A stretch of 64,000 bases of DNA from Marsupella aquatica. Taxonomy: Eukaryota; Plantae; Marchantiophyta. A model generated the notes under the pieces. That model was not told the origin of the DNA, did no database searches, and saw only the letters and a program-made list of their open reading frames with translations. The first letter of the stretch is position 1. Each line of letters opens with the position of its first letter. A program made the translations under genes and the position numbers. Shown here piece after piece: positions 24,891 to 36,479 of the stretch. The stretch is taken from positions 743,968 to 807,967 of the forward strand of contig OZ316894.1 of NCBI GenBank assembly GCA_973895155.1. The letters are read 5' to 3'.

Positions 24891-27032
24891 GTCTGAGAGA
24901 AGGGGAGGTTGAGGGTTAATGGTTAGCTTAAGGAGTGACAACGAAGGCTAGGGGGAGATTGAGATAGATCTCGGGCAACAAGATTGCATTCAAGAGGGAG
25001 TCTCAAAGCTGGCAATTTGGTGGACCTTAACTCTCTAGTTATGGATTATGGACACAAAAGTTATGAACTACAGAATTCATAGTCCACAACTTTTTGCCAT
25101 AAAGATTGGGCTTGTGCCATAACCATTAGTCACCAATGAGAAACCAAAGCCCGGATGGACTTGAAGGTTGTTTCCTATCATCCCCATGGACTGTGACACA
25201 TAAACTAAGCATTTTACACCAGCCTAATGATGAGAAAACCTAGGTAATCAATGTTCTATTAGCTATTTACCTACATTTCAACTATGTTCTAAGGAGACTC
25301 TGTACACTTGAAAGTGAACTGAAAATATGCATTGAATGAAACAAAGGTTTACATCTAGTATTGTATTTGAAATTTTTGAGACCTCTGCGACGGCAAAGTA
25401 CTGGAAGCGCTTATTGTAACAAGAGTAGCGTTCTCTGAAAAATATCATTTCCTGGAGCTCTGCAGTGGGAAATTTAATTGAAGCCCTTTTTGTGAAAGAG
25501 CAACGCTCTCTGAAAAATAAGATTTCTCAACAATACCCTCTTAGATTAAAATCTGAGACAATTTTGTTGCAGCAAAATAAGTCAAACCCCTCCTTAACAC
25601 AAGAGCGACACTCTATGGAAAATACAATTCCATCTCAAGAGCAATGCTCTATGAAATCAAGATTTGCAGCCAGTTTTCCTAGTGGAAATTATTATATTGG
25701 TTCAGGGGGATTGTGTTGCTTCTTTTCCCCTTTGGTGGGATTTTTGCTATCTATTATAAACATAAAAATATTCTTGAGGAAAAAATTGAATTATTTTGCT
25801 TTTGCTCATTGAACAAACTACTTGAGGAGTTAGAGTAAATTGTGAAGAGCTTAGTCTATATAATTTTATTACCATAAAGGCCAGATAAGGCATAGAAATA
25901 CCTAAACATACCTTACATATTTTATGTTTTTTTATTGAACTCTAAAAATATGGTTAAAGTGACTAGCTTGAGGGAAAAGGATATTAAGAGAATACAACGA
26001 AGCTTGCAATCAATGCTAATCAGGTTGGTACATGGTATCTTTGGACAAAAATGGACACAGGTGGTGTTTTGACAAGGTACTTTGGACAGGGGAACAAAAA
26101 TGATTATCTGACATGATATTTTTGGACACAAGTGTAACAAATAGTATCCAAGCATATAGGTATGTTTGCATCAAGTCCATCCAAGTTTGGTTTGTCCATG
26201 GCAGGGGGCTTCATAGACAAGGTATGAGTCCATCCGGACTTTAATTTCCACCAATGAGGCTCTTGAAAGAAAAAGGGAAAAAAAAACTTTGAAACCCTTG
26301 TGAAAAAGTTGTGACCTTTTGTTTATGACCAAATGCCATATCTCTCATTTCCAAGCTTTCCCTAATTTCCATGCTTTGAGACGCCCTAATGTAACCTAAT
26401 GCCCTAGGAGTCCCTAATGTAACCTAATGCCCTAGGAGTCGGTAATATGCCCTAATCTCCCCAAATAGAAAGCACCTCACTTTGGGAGGATGCCTTCCTC
26501 CCGGGGCTTTACCTTACGCATCATGTTTTAATCAGATAACATTTCTCGTTACTACGTGTTCTTTCTTTCAGCTGTCAAAAAGTGGTTGGTCTATCCAGTA
26601 CCCAGTGCCAACGTTATGGTAAATCAGAACATCAACTTCAGCTCAACCCAAATCCGGACGACAGCACAGAGTGGACAACGTTGGATAAAAGCAGAAAACA
26701 TTTACATACCATGGAGCTCTGTTTTGGTGAGGAAGACTAATTCCGACAGGAAGCAGTGACAAACTTGGCATCTGTGACGTTAGCAGGGCACGACTTTCAC
26801 CTGATCGGAGTCTTAGAGCGTCCAGCTCAGACCTTGATGAAACCCTGTCTAAGCGGTTGGCTATCTTTCCCCGAGTATAGGTTGAGGGTTTTTCGGAGTG
26901 GCTCTCACACTCAGCTGAGAGGGCGTGAGAACAAGAAGAGAGCTTCATCGAGTTGGGATGGTCTGTCATCCGGCTGGGAAACGATTGTTCCTGGGTTTGC
27001 AGTAGCCCTGCGGGCTCAATTCGGCACTGACA

Positions 27033-30000
27033 ATGCAGAGGCCGGCGACAGCTTTTCTGTCTCCTGCACGGTGTGTTTTCTTTATTTGCTTTCTTAGCTG
27101 TCAGTCAATTTTTCTCCCCAGTTTTTAGTGCTCTAACGGTGATATGCTCCCGGGGTTTATCCTGAGTTTGTTGAGTCCGAGCTTACTCTTCTTAGTGGAT
27201 CTAATTTCGTTCTTCTTAGTGGATGCATTTCGTGTCGTGACGGATCTGCATTTTGGGTCACAACAGTAGATGAGATAGTGCTTCTTGGGATTTGGATGGT
27301 ACGTAGTCGATTAAGATGGATTTACTAAGGTGACACCTCTCTTCGTAGCGCGCAAGAGTATATGCATATTCTGTTTCGCGTTATCTTGCCCTCGCCAATG
27401 TGGGAGCCGGTTTTGATTTACAGAGTTGGGCTTTTTGAAAACATATTTAGTTTCTTCATCATTGCTTACCCTCATGTCCGGTGCTGCATGTCCGCGCTGA
27501 TTCGGCTTTGCTGCGAGATTCTGAAAGTTTCACTCAGGGTTTAATGACTAACGTATATACGAGCGTTAGCTTTGAATTTCAAAGTTACGGTAGGCGGTCT
27601 ACTGTCACAATGTTTCGCGGTGGAGAAATCAAGTTATGACGATGATTAGCAGTGTAATTCAAAACATTCACGGAGACCTCAATTGCTACAGCTGTAAGGA
27701 TTGGGGTCAATGTGGGGATAGTTCGTCTGCCGGTCGTATTGAAATGGATCGAACTATATTGTTCCCCGAAAATCTTTGGCAGACTTGTAGACTGCTTATT
27801 TTCGGTAATTCCATCGAACGGCAGTTTGTCAAAGTTTTCTAGCTAGAATATCCGATTTTCCGGCTGAATTTGTTGACACGTTCCTTTTCATGTTGCAGGA
27901 GAAGTGCAATAAGTGAGTATTTTGTCCACCTCGCGTCCACCTCGCGTACTAAAGCCTTAGTATTGGCGACAGTAGGAGAAGTTCAGGGCCGGGGGACCGA
28001 GAAGAATCAAAATTAAACATTGTGAGATGAGAAGAATGAATTTAGGCATTGTGAGATGATGTTTAAACCCCGAAAAGACCTTCCGCCTTCGTCGTGGGTG
28101 ACAGCGAGCACGTCTTTGTAGATATAAACGTTCTCAATTCGTTCTACCGTGCGATGGTAAATGGAATGCTACTCCAGTTTCTATGTGCACTAGGCACCCT
28201 GCACTAGGCACCCTCCTGTATGAATAATTAACCGTTGAACTGTACCCGGATGGATTCGAGTATTCTGTCATCCAGTTCCGAAGATTCAATCCACTGCCAA
28301 AAGATCTTTATCCACTGAGAAGATTTTAGAATCACTGGCAGATACAGTCGTATTGTACTGTTTGGGTAGCATGTGAGAAAATAGTGTATGAAGCAATTTG
28401 CTTATTCTATCAACGACACTGTTGGAAATGGTACTGTATGTAGCATTTGGGCTGTCATAAGTTGTAGAAATGAGCGGATATGTTTCAGATATGTTGAGAG
28501 GAACTATGAACTCCAGTCGAATTTGCGAGCTGAATTGTTGAAAGTGTCTGCTGCTGAAGCAAAGAGATCAGGGAGATTGGGGTTCTATTTAAACTGGCCT
28601 TTGCAACTGACATTTTGATGGGATATGTTCAGAAGCAATGTGCGCAACTATAGTCACGAAGGCCATTTTTTCAGAGGGGCTATAAATCTGTAGCAGCGAG
28701 ACTGAATGCCATGGATCTATGGCGTGGCATCAATGTTGACGCTGCTGTTGCCCAAGTGAGTAGCTGTGACTTGATAAACCCTAAATGGTTTCTCCTTGTG
28801 TAATATTCAGAGGCAACAGTCCTGAAGATTTACCGAACCTGGTTTCATCATAGGTTGGAACAAGTTCGGCCATTGGGGAGCGAGAGATTTGGGACTTGAT
28901 TGCTCGGGCTATGGAGAAAGCTGGCAACGACGGAGTGATCACTGAGTCTGTAAGTGACTACAATACTCAATTCTTAATTGTGCCAAAAGATTTAGCGAGT
29001 TTTCAGGTATTCTTGCAGTCAACTAGTTGTGTCGTCCTTGGTCGTGGTGACAAAGTAAGGCTGCTGCGTTTATTTAATCAACATTGTTAGCATGGTCAAA
29101 TTGTACCTGACATAATTGGGAGGAGGCGATCGATGCCCTTCTTGTCGTTACGTGGTTCTCGTATCTTTCCCACTATCATGTAAGCGTATTTTGTTGACCA
29201 TGCTTTCAGGTATCTACATTTTACTTCAGTCCTGAAGTTTGGTCCCTGCATGGATTTGCCAACTTTAAACTCGGATTTTTCTTGTATTTTTGATGCAGTT
29301 GATGAGTGAGGATTTGGGGCTGAAGCTTGAAAAGATTGAGCTCAATCCGCTAGGAGTGGCCAAAAAGGTAGCGGAAACATGTTTTGCAGTGATGGAGAAG
29401 TAGAGCTACAATATGACCCTTGGATTCAGAACTTTTCACAATATTTTCTCAAGTATTTTCAACTGCTTGATGGTGGTGCTTGTATGTCACTTCCTTGATT
29501 GTATTGATATAGATGAGAACCCTCTCCAGTTTCTCAATTACAAATGTTCCACCTTCTTCTTTTTATGCGTCTACGCGATGCGTGAGATCACGAATAATTA
29601 TACACATTCACTACCCAAGATTCATTTTGGGTCAAAAGTAATTCCGTTATATGTAGTGTGTAGGGATGTTTCTGTTTGTACTTATGTTTGGGTCAAAAGT
29701 AATTCCATTATATGTAGTGTGTAGTGTGTTTCGGCCACTTCAGAATTTGCAGGTCAAAATCTTAAAGATGACAGAGTCATTCTAGATGGATCCGGTGACA
29801 AGAATTCCTGGTTCTTGCAGTGTATATGGACTCTTGGTACGTTGGCTTCTTTGTTGCGAGTTCATTCTAACGGATGTCATCGGTGGCGTTTGCAGATTAG
29901 GGAAGGTATTCGCACAGCAGATTATGACACGGAAACGTTGCAGGAGGGCTTAGCAAAGCATTCCAGAGGCGATGCTGTCCTGACGGTGCGTTGTATTTGA

Positions 30001-30300
30001 AATCTGATCAACTTCGCTCGCAGCTCGATCGTTTTTCGTTTCTCCCATTAGTTTGTTGCTGACCTTTGTGAATCGTCATCTTACAGATTGGAAGTGCAAG
30101 TGAAGTTGACATCAGTAAGAGGGACCCGGTAACTGATACTTTGAATGCAACCAAAAGCTGCTGTGAAGGAATGCATTGTACCTGGTGAGCATGTTTAATC
30201 TCTATCCATTGCTGGTGCCTGTCAACTATTTGTCTTCCGTAGATGGTAAAGTCTTGATCAAGCTGATTTACTTGACTGCAAATTATTCCAGGGGATGGAG
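27033..30300 (+). pseudogene. HSP60: Intron-containing pseudogene of mitochondrial chaperonin 60 (Hsp60/Cpn60)
   Basis: Ordered exon remnants, mostly bounded by GT/AG: MQRPATAFLSPAR (27033-27070); MKQFAYSINDTVGNG (~28388); CATIVTKAIFSEG/YKSVAARLNAMDLWRGIN (~28640, frameshift); VGTSSAIGEREIWDLIARAMEKAGNDGVITES (~28854); LMSEDLGLKLEKIELNPLGVAKK (~29299); KDDRVILDGSGDK (~29765); IREG…DYDTETLQEGLAKHSRGDAVL (~29896); IGSASEV…VTDTLNATK/AAVKECIVP (~30087). Several exons are missing. Confidence 0.88.
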
Positions 30301-30718
30301 CCTAATTGGGTAGATCCTGTAGAGTGAGGATTTATATGTTGTATGAATTCCTGTCACTGGACTTACTCTCGTATTTTGTTTTATGCACATGTATGTCACG
30401 TGTCTGTGAGGAGGCGCGGCCATTGAGGGTTTAACGGTCTGACTTAAGAAAAGTTGTGGGTTTTACCGATAGCTTCAGTAGTGTCGACGAAGGCGAGCGG
30501 GAGATCGCATTGAATTCGATTACGTTAGATTGGCTCGCAATAGGGCGGATTGGGTTTGCGTAAAAAGGGGAAGTGGGAAGTGGGGAGCTAGCGTTGGTGT
30601 TCGAGCAGGGGCGTGGCGGACGAAGAGTTGGAGGAGGTAGGAGGGCGTAGGGGACTAAGAGAAGGGAGAAATGAAGAGAGCGGGTCCGTTGAGGGGAGTG
30701 TGGAGGAGAGCGGTTGCT

Positions 30719-33700
30719 ATGAGTGAAGTGATGAAGTCGAGCAGCCTAATCCTGCCGGGGTTAGGGCCGCCTGTGCAGATTCTGCCACAGCAGCTGGCCC
30801 CGCACCTCTGCCCTGCCTCCCCCTCTTGCGCCAACATCCTCTCTTTCCACTTCCAGCCCTGTCGAGGGGTTCGCCAGCATTCCTCGCGTACCTTCAGGTC
30901 GATCCCAAGGTTCTTACCTACATTTCATTTTTGTCCGTTGTTGTTTCGTTTCTGTCCTTCTTGACGTAAATACATATTACGTTCTGCTTGTCGTGACCTT
31001 CGTTTAGATTTCATTTCTCATCCTGTGTTGCTACACTTCGGACTTTTCTGCACATGTTGAAATCTGTAAATGGGCCTCTTTTTAATCCTTCACTCATTGT
31101 TATTCACTGGGAGGTACTCTAAATCGGTTCGACAAAGGCCATTAGAAGTAAATGTATTAGGTTGGGTCCATTGAACTCAGCGGAGGAGTGCATCCCTTCC
31201 CCTTCCCCCGCTTCGCTTCTCAACAAAATGTCTCGAATCCACACATCCCTTGGTCGCCTCTATAATTGTCGAGCATTGGCCACCGTTTTCCACCCCTCTT
31301 ACTTGTAACTTGTAAATTGCGATTTTTTATTTTTTAGGCATCAGCGGCAGCGGGTACTTCTCCTGAAAAAAGACTTGCAAAACAGAAGTTTTTGTTTGAA
31401 GCATTTCCAATTCTCTTTTCATGGAGATGCCAGAGCGCTGAAACAGCAGAGGCCATGGCCGAAGGAAAAGTCTATGGACGCATTCAACTGGAATCCCACC
31501 AGCGAACCGAAGAGAACTGTGGATGTGCAGTCTTTGAATAGACAATTTAACGACGCTCATCGACCCACAGAAAATTATCCGTCTAAAATCACCCAGCTCC
31601 GCACTGCAGTTGAGCCTGAATCCCCTTCCGCGACCGTAGATCAGAGGAGGACCCGTGACTTGAACGCTCCTGGGAATTTAGACCAAAGTACTTCATCATC
31701 AGCGGTCGAAGCTGTCCAGCCGGGTTCGAAAGGAAGCTGTAAGCCAGTAGCCACGGTAAGACAAGACCTGGGAACCGAGCAGCTGCTCAGGGGAGCACAT
31801 TCGATGGATGGCAGTTCAACTTCAACGCGGATGACCCCAGGGCTGAATCTGTTTGGTCAAGGCGGATCGCAATCTCGTGCCGGTTGTGCCAGCAAAGGTT
31901 GGTCTCGATTCAGTGCACAAGGGAATGGCAGTACGGACATACAGAGCGCGGGGACCACGACTGAAGCAATTGCTCTGTTGCAGAATCGTCTACAACGATG
32001 CATTGCTACAAACTCGTACACATATGTGAAAGTTCTGCAAATGTGCTCGAAACAGAAAGACCTTTTAGCAGCCAAGCAGGTGCATGATTGCATCATCCAG
32101 AGTGGAATAGATACGAATCTATCTGTGGCGGTAACCCTCCTGAATGTGTATATCAACTGTGGGGCATTGTTGGATGCACGCCGAGTTTTTGATCAGCTTA
32201 AGAAGAAGAATGTTGTTACGTGGACTAACATGATTGCAGCATATGCTAAGAGTGATCATGCTGAACTTGCGTTGGAACTTTTCAATCGAATGCGCCAAGA
32301 AGGTTCGAAGCCTAATGAGATCACATATCTGAGCATCCTGAGTGCATGTGCTAGCCCTTCAGCTCTCAAATGGGGAAAACAAATTCATGATTGTGTTCGA
32401 CATTCCGGCTTTGAATCAGATGTGCGTGTAGGGACTGCTCTCATTAAGATGTATGCAAAGTGTGGGTGCATCATGGACGCAAGACAGGTTTTTGACGGAT
32501 TGATGAATCGAGATTTCATCACATGGACTGTAATGATCGGCGGACTTGCACTACATGGATGTGGGCATGAAGCATGTCGACTGTTTAGTCGAATGAGACG
32601 ACAAGGCTTTGAACCTGATGCCATCACTTATTTGAGCATCCTAAATGCATCTCCAACTGCGGGAGCTTTAGAGTTGGTGAAGGAGGTTCATAGCCATGCT
32701 AGAAAAGCGGGACTGGAGTCGGATTTGCGTGTGGGCAATGCACTCGTTCACATGTATGCAAAGAGTGACAGTATAGATGACGCCCGACTGGTTTTTGACA
32801 GGATGGAGAAACGCGATGTAGTCACATGGACTGCAATGATCGGTGGACTGGCACAACATGGATGTGAGAATGAAGCATATCGACTTTTCGGCCGAATGAG
32901 ACGAGAAGGCTTCAAACCAAATGCAATCACGTATTTGAGCATCCTAAAAGCATGTGGAACTGCGGGGGCTTTGGAGTGGGTGAAGGAGGTTCATGAGCAT
33001 GCCAGGAAAGCGGGATTAGAGTCAGATTTGCGTGTTGGCAATGCTCTTATCCACACGTATGCAGAGAATGGCAGTATACATGACGCCCGCCGAGTTTTTG
33101 ATAGAATGGAGAAACGTGATATAGTCACATGGAATACAATGATCGGCGGACTTGCACAACATGGTTGTGGGCATGAACCATATCGACTTTTTCGCCGACT
33201 GATACGAGAAGGCTTCGAACCGGATGCAGTCACTTATCTGAGCATCCTGAATGCATCTGCAAGTGCGGGTTCCTTGGAGTGGGTGAAGGAGGTTCATGGC
33301 CATGCTAGCAAAGTGGGACTGGAGTCAGATTTGCGTGTACGCAATGCACTGGTTCACATGTATGCAAAGAGTGGCAGTATAGATGACGCCCGACTTGTTT
33401 TTGACAGAATGGAGAAACATGATGTCGTTACATGGAATACAATGATCGGTGGACTTGCACAACATGGATGTGGGAATGAAGCCCTGGAACTCTTCAGAGA
33501 AATGAACGCAGACGGTGTGAAGCCCGACGCGACTTCATTTGTGGCAGCGTTGTCGGCCTGTTGTCATGGCGGCCTCGTTGATGAGGGCCGTAGACTCTTT
33601 TTAGCTATGACGCAAGATTATGGCATCGAGCCTGACATTGTGCATTATACGTGCATGGTGGATCTTCTTGCGCGGGCTGGACACTTGGAGGAAGCAATGC

Positions 33701-34347
33701 TCTTCATTACTGACATGCCAGTTGAACCCAGTGTAGTTACTTGGAATGCCTTGCTTGGGGCTTGTAGAACGTTTGGTAATGTGGAGTTCGGCGAACTTGC
33801 TGTGAAAGAGCTTTTGAAGTTGGAACCCAATAATGCGTCTGCATATGTGCTCCTCTCCAACATCTATGCTGCAGCTGGTAAGAAGGGGGAGGTTTCAATG
33901 GTGCGAGGTATGATGCAAAAGAGAGGCGTTCGGAAGGAGCCAGGCCGGAGTTGGATTGAAGTTGATAACAAGATCCATGAATTTGTTGTGGGGGATAGAT
34001 CTCACCCAGAAGCGAAGGCAATATATTCTAAGCTCGACAAATTGACTGAAGAACTGGAGGCTGAAGGTTACATTCCGGAGAACCGGCTTGTGCTGCATGA
34101 TATCAATGTGGAGGATGAAGAGCTAGGTCTTACCGCTCATAGTGAGAAGCTGGCTATTGCTTACGGGCTTATGCATATACCTCGGGGAGAACCAATTTGT
34201 GTATGGAAGAACCTTCGGGTGTGTCCAGATTGCCATACAGCAACCAAGTTGATCTCTAAAGTGACAGGACGAAAGATCATAGCGAGGGATGCAAATCGCT
34301 TTCACCATTTCAAAGATGGCGTGTGCTCTTGTGGTGATTACTGGTGA
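30719..34347 (+). CDS. PLS-class PPR-E-DYW protein (17 PPR motifs), two exons 30719-30897 and 31338-34347 (~1062 aa)
   Basis: Exon 1 MSEVMKSSSLILPGLGPPVQ…RTFR ends at donor AG|GT (30898). Acceptor TTTTTAG ends at 31337 and the join is in frame (R-HQRQRVLLLKKDLQNRSF). Structure is L-S, four PLS, P2L2S2, E1, E2, PGRSWIEV, HSEKLA, CPDCH, DYW. Confidence 0.93.
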
Positions 34348-35023
34348 CCAGATGAAAAGCTGTGTTTAGGGGTTTGATTGGAAACAATAACCCACTGGCA
34401 GCCCAGATGTAATGAGGTTTTCGTTGTTTGCTTGAAGACGGGCCTACATGAAAAACCGTAGTTTCGAGATGTTTTTATTGCAGCCCTCGGCGATGGGAGT
34501 TTTGGGATAGGAACTTCGAGATTATGCAATTTGGCTATGTAACATACCCGTATATTTGGCTATAAACACAAATGATGTTTATAGTTTAGATCTTAACCTA
34601 GTCATCTCTGGTGTTGTGGGTTTGAGATGAAGAAATGGTGATTTCACCAAGAAAAACTCATTCACCCCCAATTTGGACAAATTCTTTTGTTGAAGTTGCT
34701 AGCTATTTCTTCAACTCTTTATAATAGTATGCACTCGTTGCTAAGTCCTAATTGCCAGAACTGGAATTGGAAATTTTAAACAATGTTCATGCTTGGAGTT
34801 AACTATCAAGGAAGCTAGTCCTAGATTGGCCCAAGTGGAGTTTCTGCTTAAGTAAATTGAGTGTCAAAGAAATCAAATTAAATGCGAAAGAGATATGCAA
34901 TGTATTTTAGAGTTTTGAACGGTTGGTTAATTGAGAACTATGCAAAGTGAATTATTGTTGGGTTTATTTGCCTCAATTATATTCTTGGTCCCCAAATTAA
35001 GTGTGCTTATGATTACATTAAAA

Positions 35024-35089
35024 TTAGGTGTATTGCAATTTATTGTTAGGTGTATTGCAATTTATTGTTAGGTGTATTGCAATTTATTG
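35024..35089 (+). repeat. Perfect 22-bp tandem repeat, 3 copies (TTAGGTGTATTGCAATTTATTG)
   Basis: Read directly from the sequence. Confidence 0.9.
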
Positions 35090-35674
35090 TTTCAAAATTT
35101 GGTTTTGTTCCTACTAGCCATAACCACTGCAAGACCTGTCCCTTCAACATGGGCACAATAGTTCTCCTCTAGTCTCGGTCAGCCAATGGCTTCAATGAGA
35201 AGCCAAGCTCACTTAAGTCTACCTTACTTAGGATCTCTTTGGTCTATACTTGTCTGTCAAGATATGCTGATCAACTACATTCACCCATGTGGTTTGTAAC
35301 TACTTTTGATCTATTTAATTTGGTCTAGATATATCTTTTTAGTAGCTCAACTAGCTTTAACCACCTTTAGAGGGAATGATGTGGGTAGGTTGTGACCAGC
35401 TTTTACACACTTCCCATTTCTTTTACGCATAAATTTGCCTTACACCCGCCTCTAGGAGAATTTGGTTCATTGTATGGATGTACATTGTATGTTGTTTAAT
35501 AGGTACTCATCTTATACCCAGTATGTGATGAAGTCAGTCAGCCTTGTAGTCAGCTAGGTAAAATTTGGTCAGGATGATTGGAGTTAGCCAAATTGAATAG
35601 AAACACATTTGACCCACCCTATGACCACTAATGTGGTTTGACAAAAAACCCATTTATAAGCACAAGCAACAAAT

Positions 35675-35807
35675 ACTTTTTTCCTTTTTTTAAAGGGAAA
35701 ATCTGTGAAACCCCACAGAAAGGGTAAGAGTCAGCCACAATAACTGAACCCAAGACCTATTAGTCTCTACTCAAGTGAGCTACCACAAAGTCATGTCTCT
35801 CTAGGGG
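35675..35807 (-). mobile_element. tRNA-derived SINE
   Basis: Perfect 12-bp TSD CAAGCAACAAAT (35663-35674 and 35808-35819). The minus strand shows box A-like GTAGCTCACTTGAGTAGAG, box B-like GGTCTTGGGTTCAG and an A-rich tail. Confidence 0.75.
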
Positions 35808-36479
35808 CAAGCAACAAATTCTTGGTACTCTTAAACCACCATTGGCCATATACAAGGGAGATTGAAATGTCCAAGACTTCTTCCTTTTTCCCATTCTTCT
35901 CCTCTACTCTGAGACTTTGCTCCACAATTTTCTACAATTTCAGGAAAAAGTACTAAAAATGGTGAAATTTGTGTAGCCATGTTTTTGTCATGGCTAGTAG
36001 CTCTTTAGGCTGACCACAAGGCCCCACTGACGTGGTTAAGATTGTTTATTTGCATCCAATGGCAATGCATGAGTGAATGTGAAGAAAAATCTCCAAAACA
36101 AGCCAATAATATAGGGAGGTATATGCTTGATGGACCCCTTGGCTGGAAAAGTTGGCTTGATGGGCCACTATGAAAATTTGATTATATCGTGGACCCGCTC
36201 TGAAAATGTCGTACAATCATCAGCTCTTCCAGTGGGCAGAGGTGCCCCAGCACAGTTGCCCTGCTGTGCCTTATCATGTCAGATTGTGGAACACAATAGT
36301 TTAGGGTGACATGGATGTGCTGCGTACGCAGTGGCAAGTACGTACCCTGGACACAATTTGCTGGTTGTCTTTGAGACGGAGCTAGTGAGGAGAGGGGAAC
36401 TGTTGAGCGCCACAACAGAACTGTCGTGCAGCACTGTAGCTGATTTTATGTACATTTGACACACTTACGAACGTTAGGG

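Noticed and set aside
26385-26460. CCTAAT-rich tandem duplication, and single TTAGGG hits near the CRE 5' end, as telomeric arrays
   Set aside because: There are no runs of canonical TTTAGGG; this is a 28-bp local duplication plus chance matches.
27180-29725. Several short tandem duplications in the Hsp60 pseudogene introns
   Set aside because: These are ordinary products of neutral decay and break repair in plant non-coding DNA.
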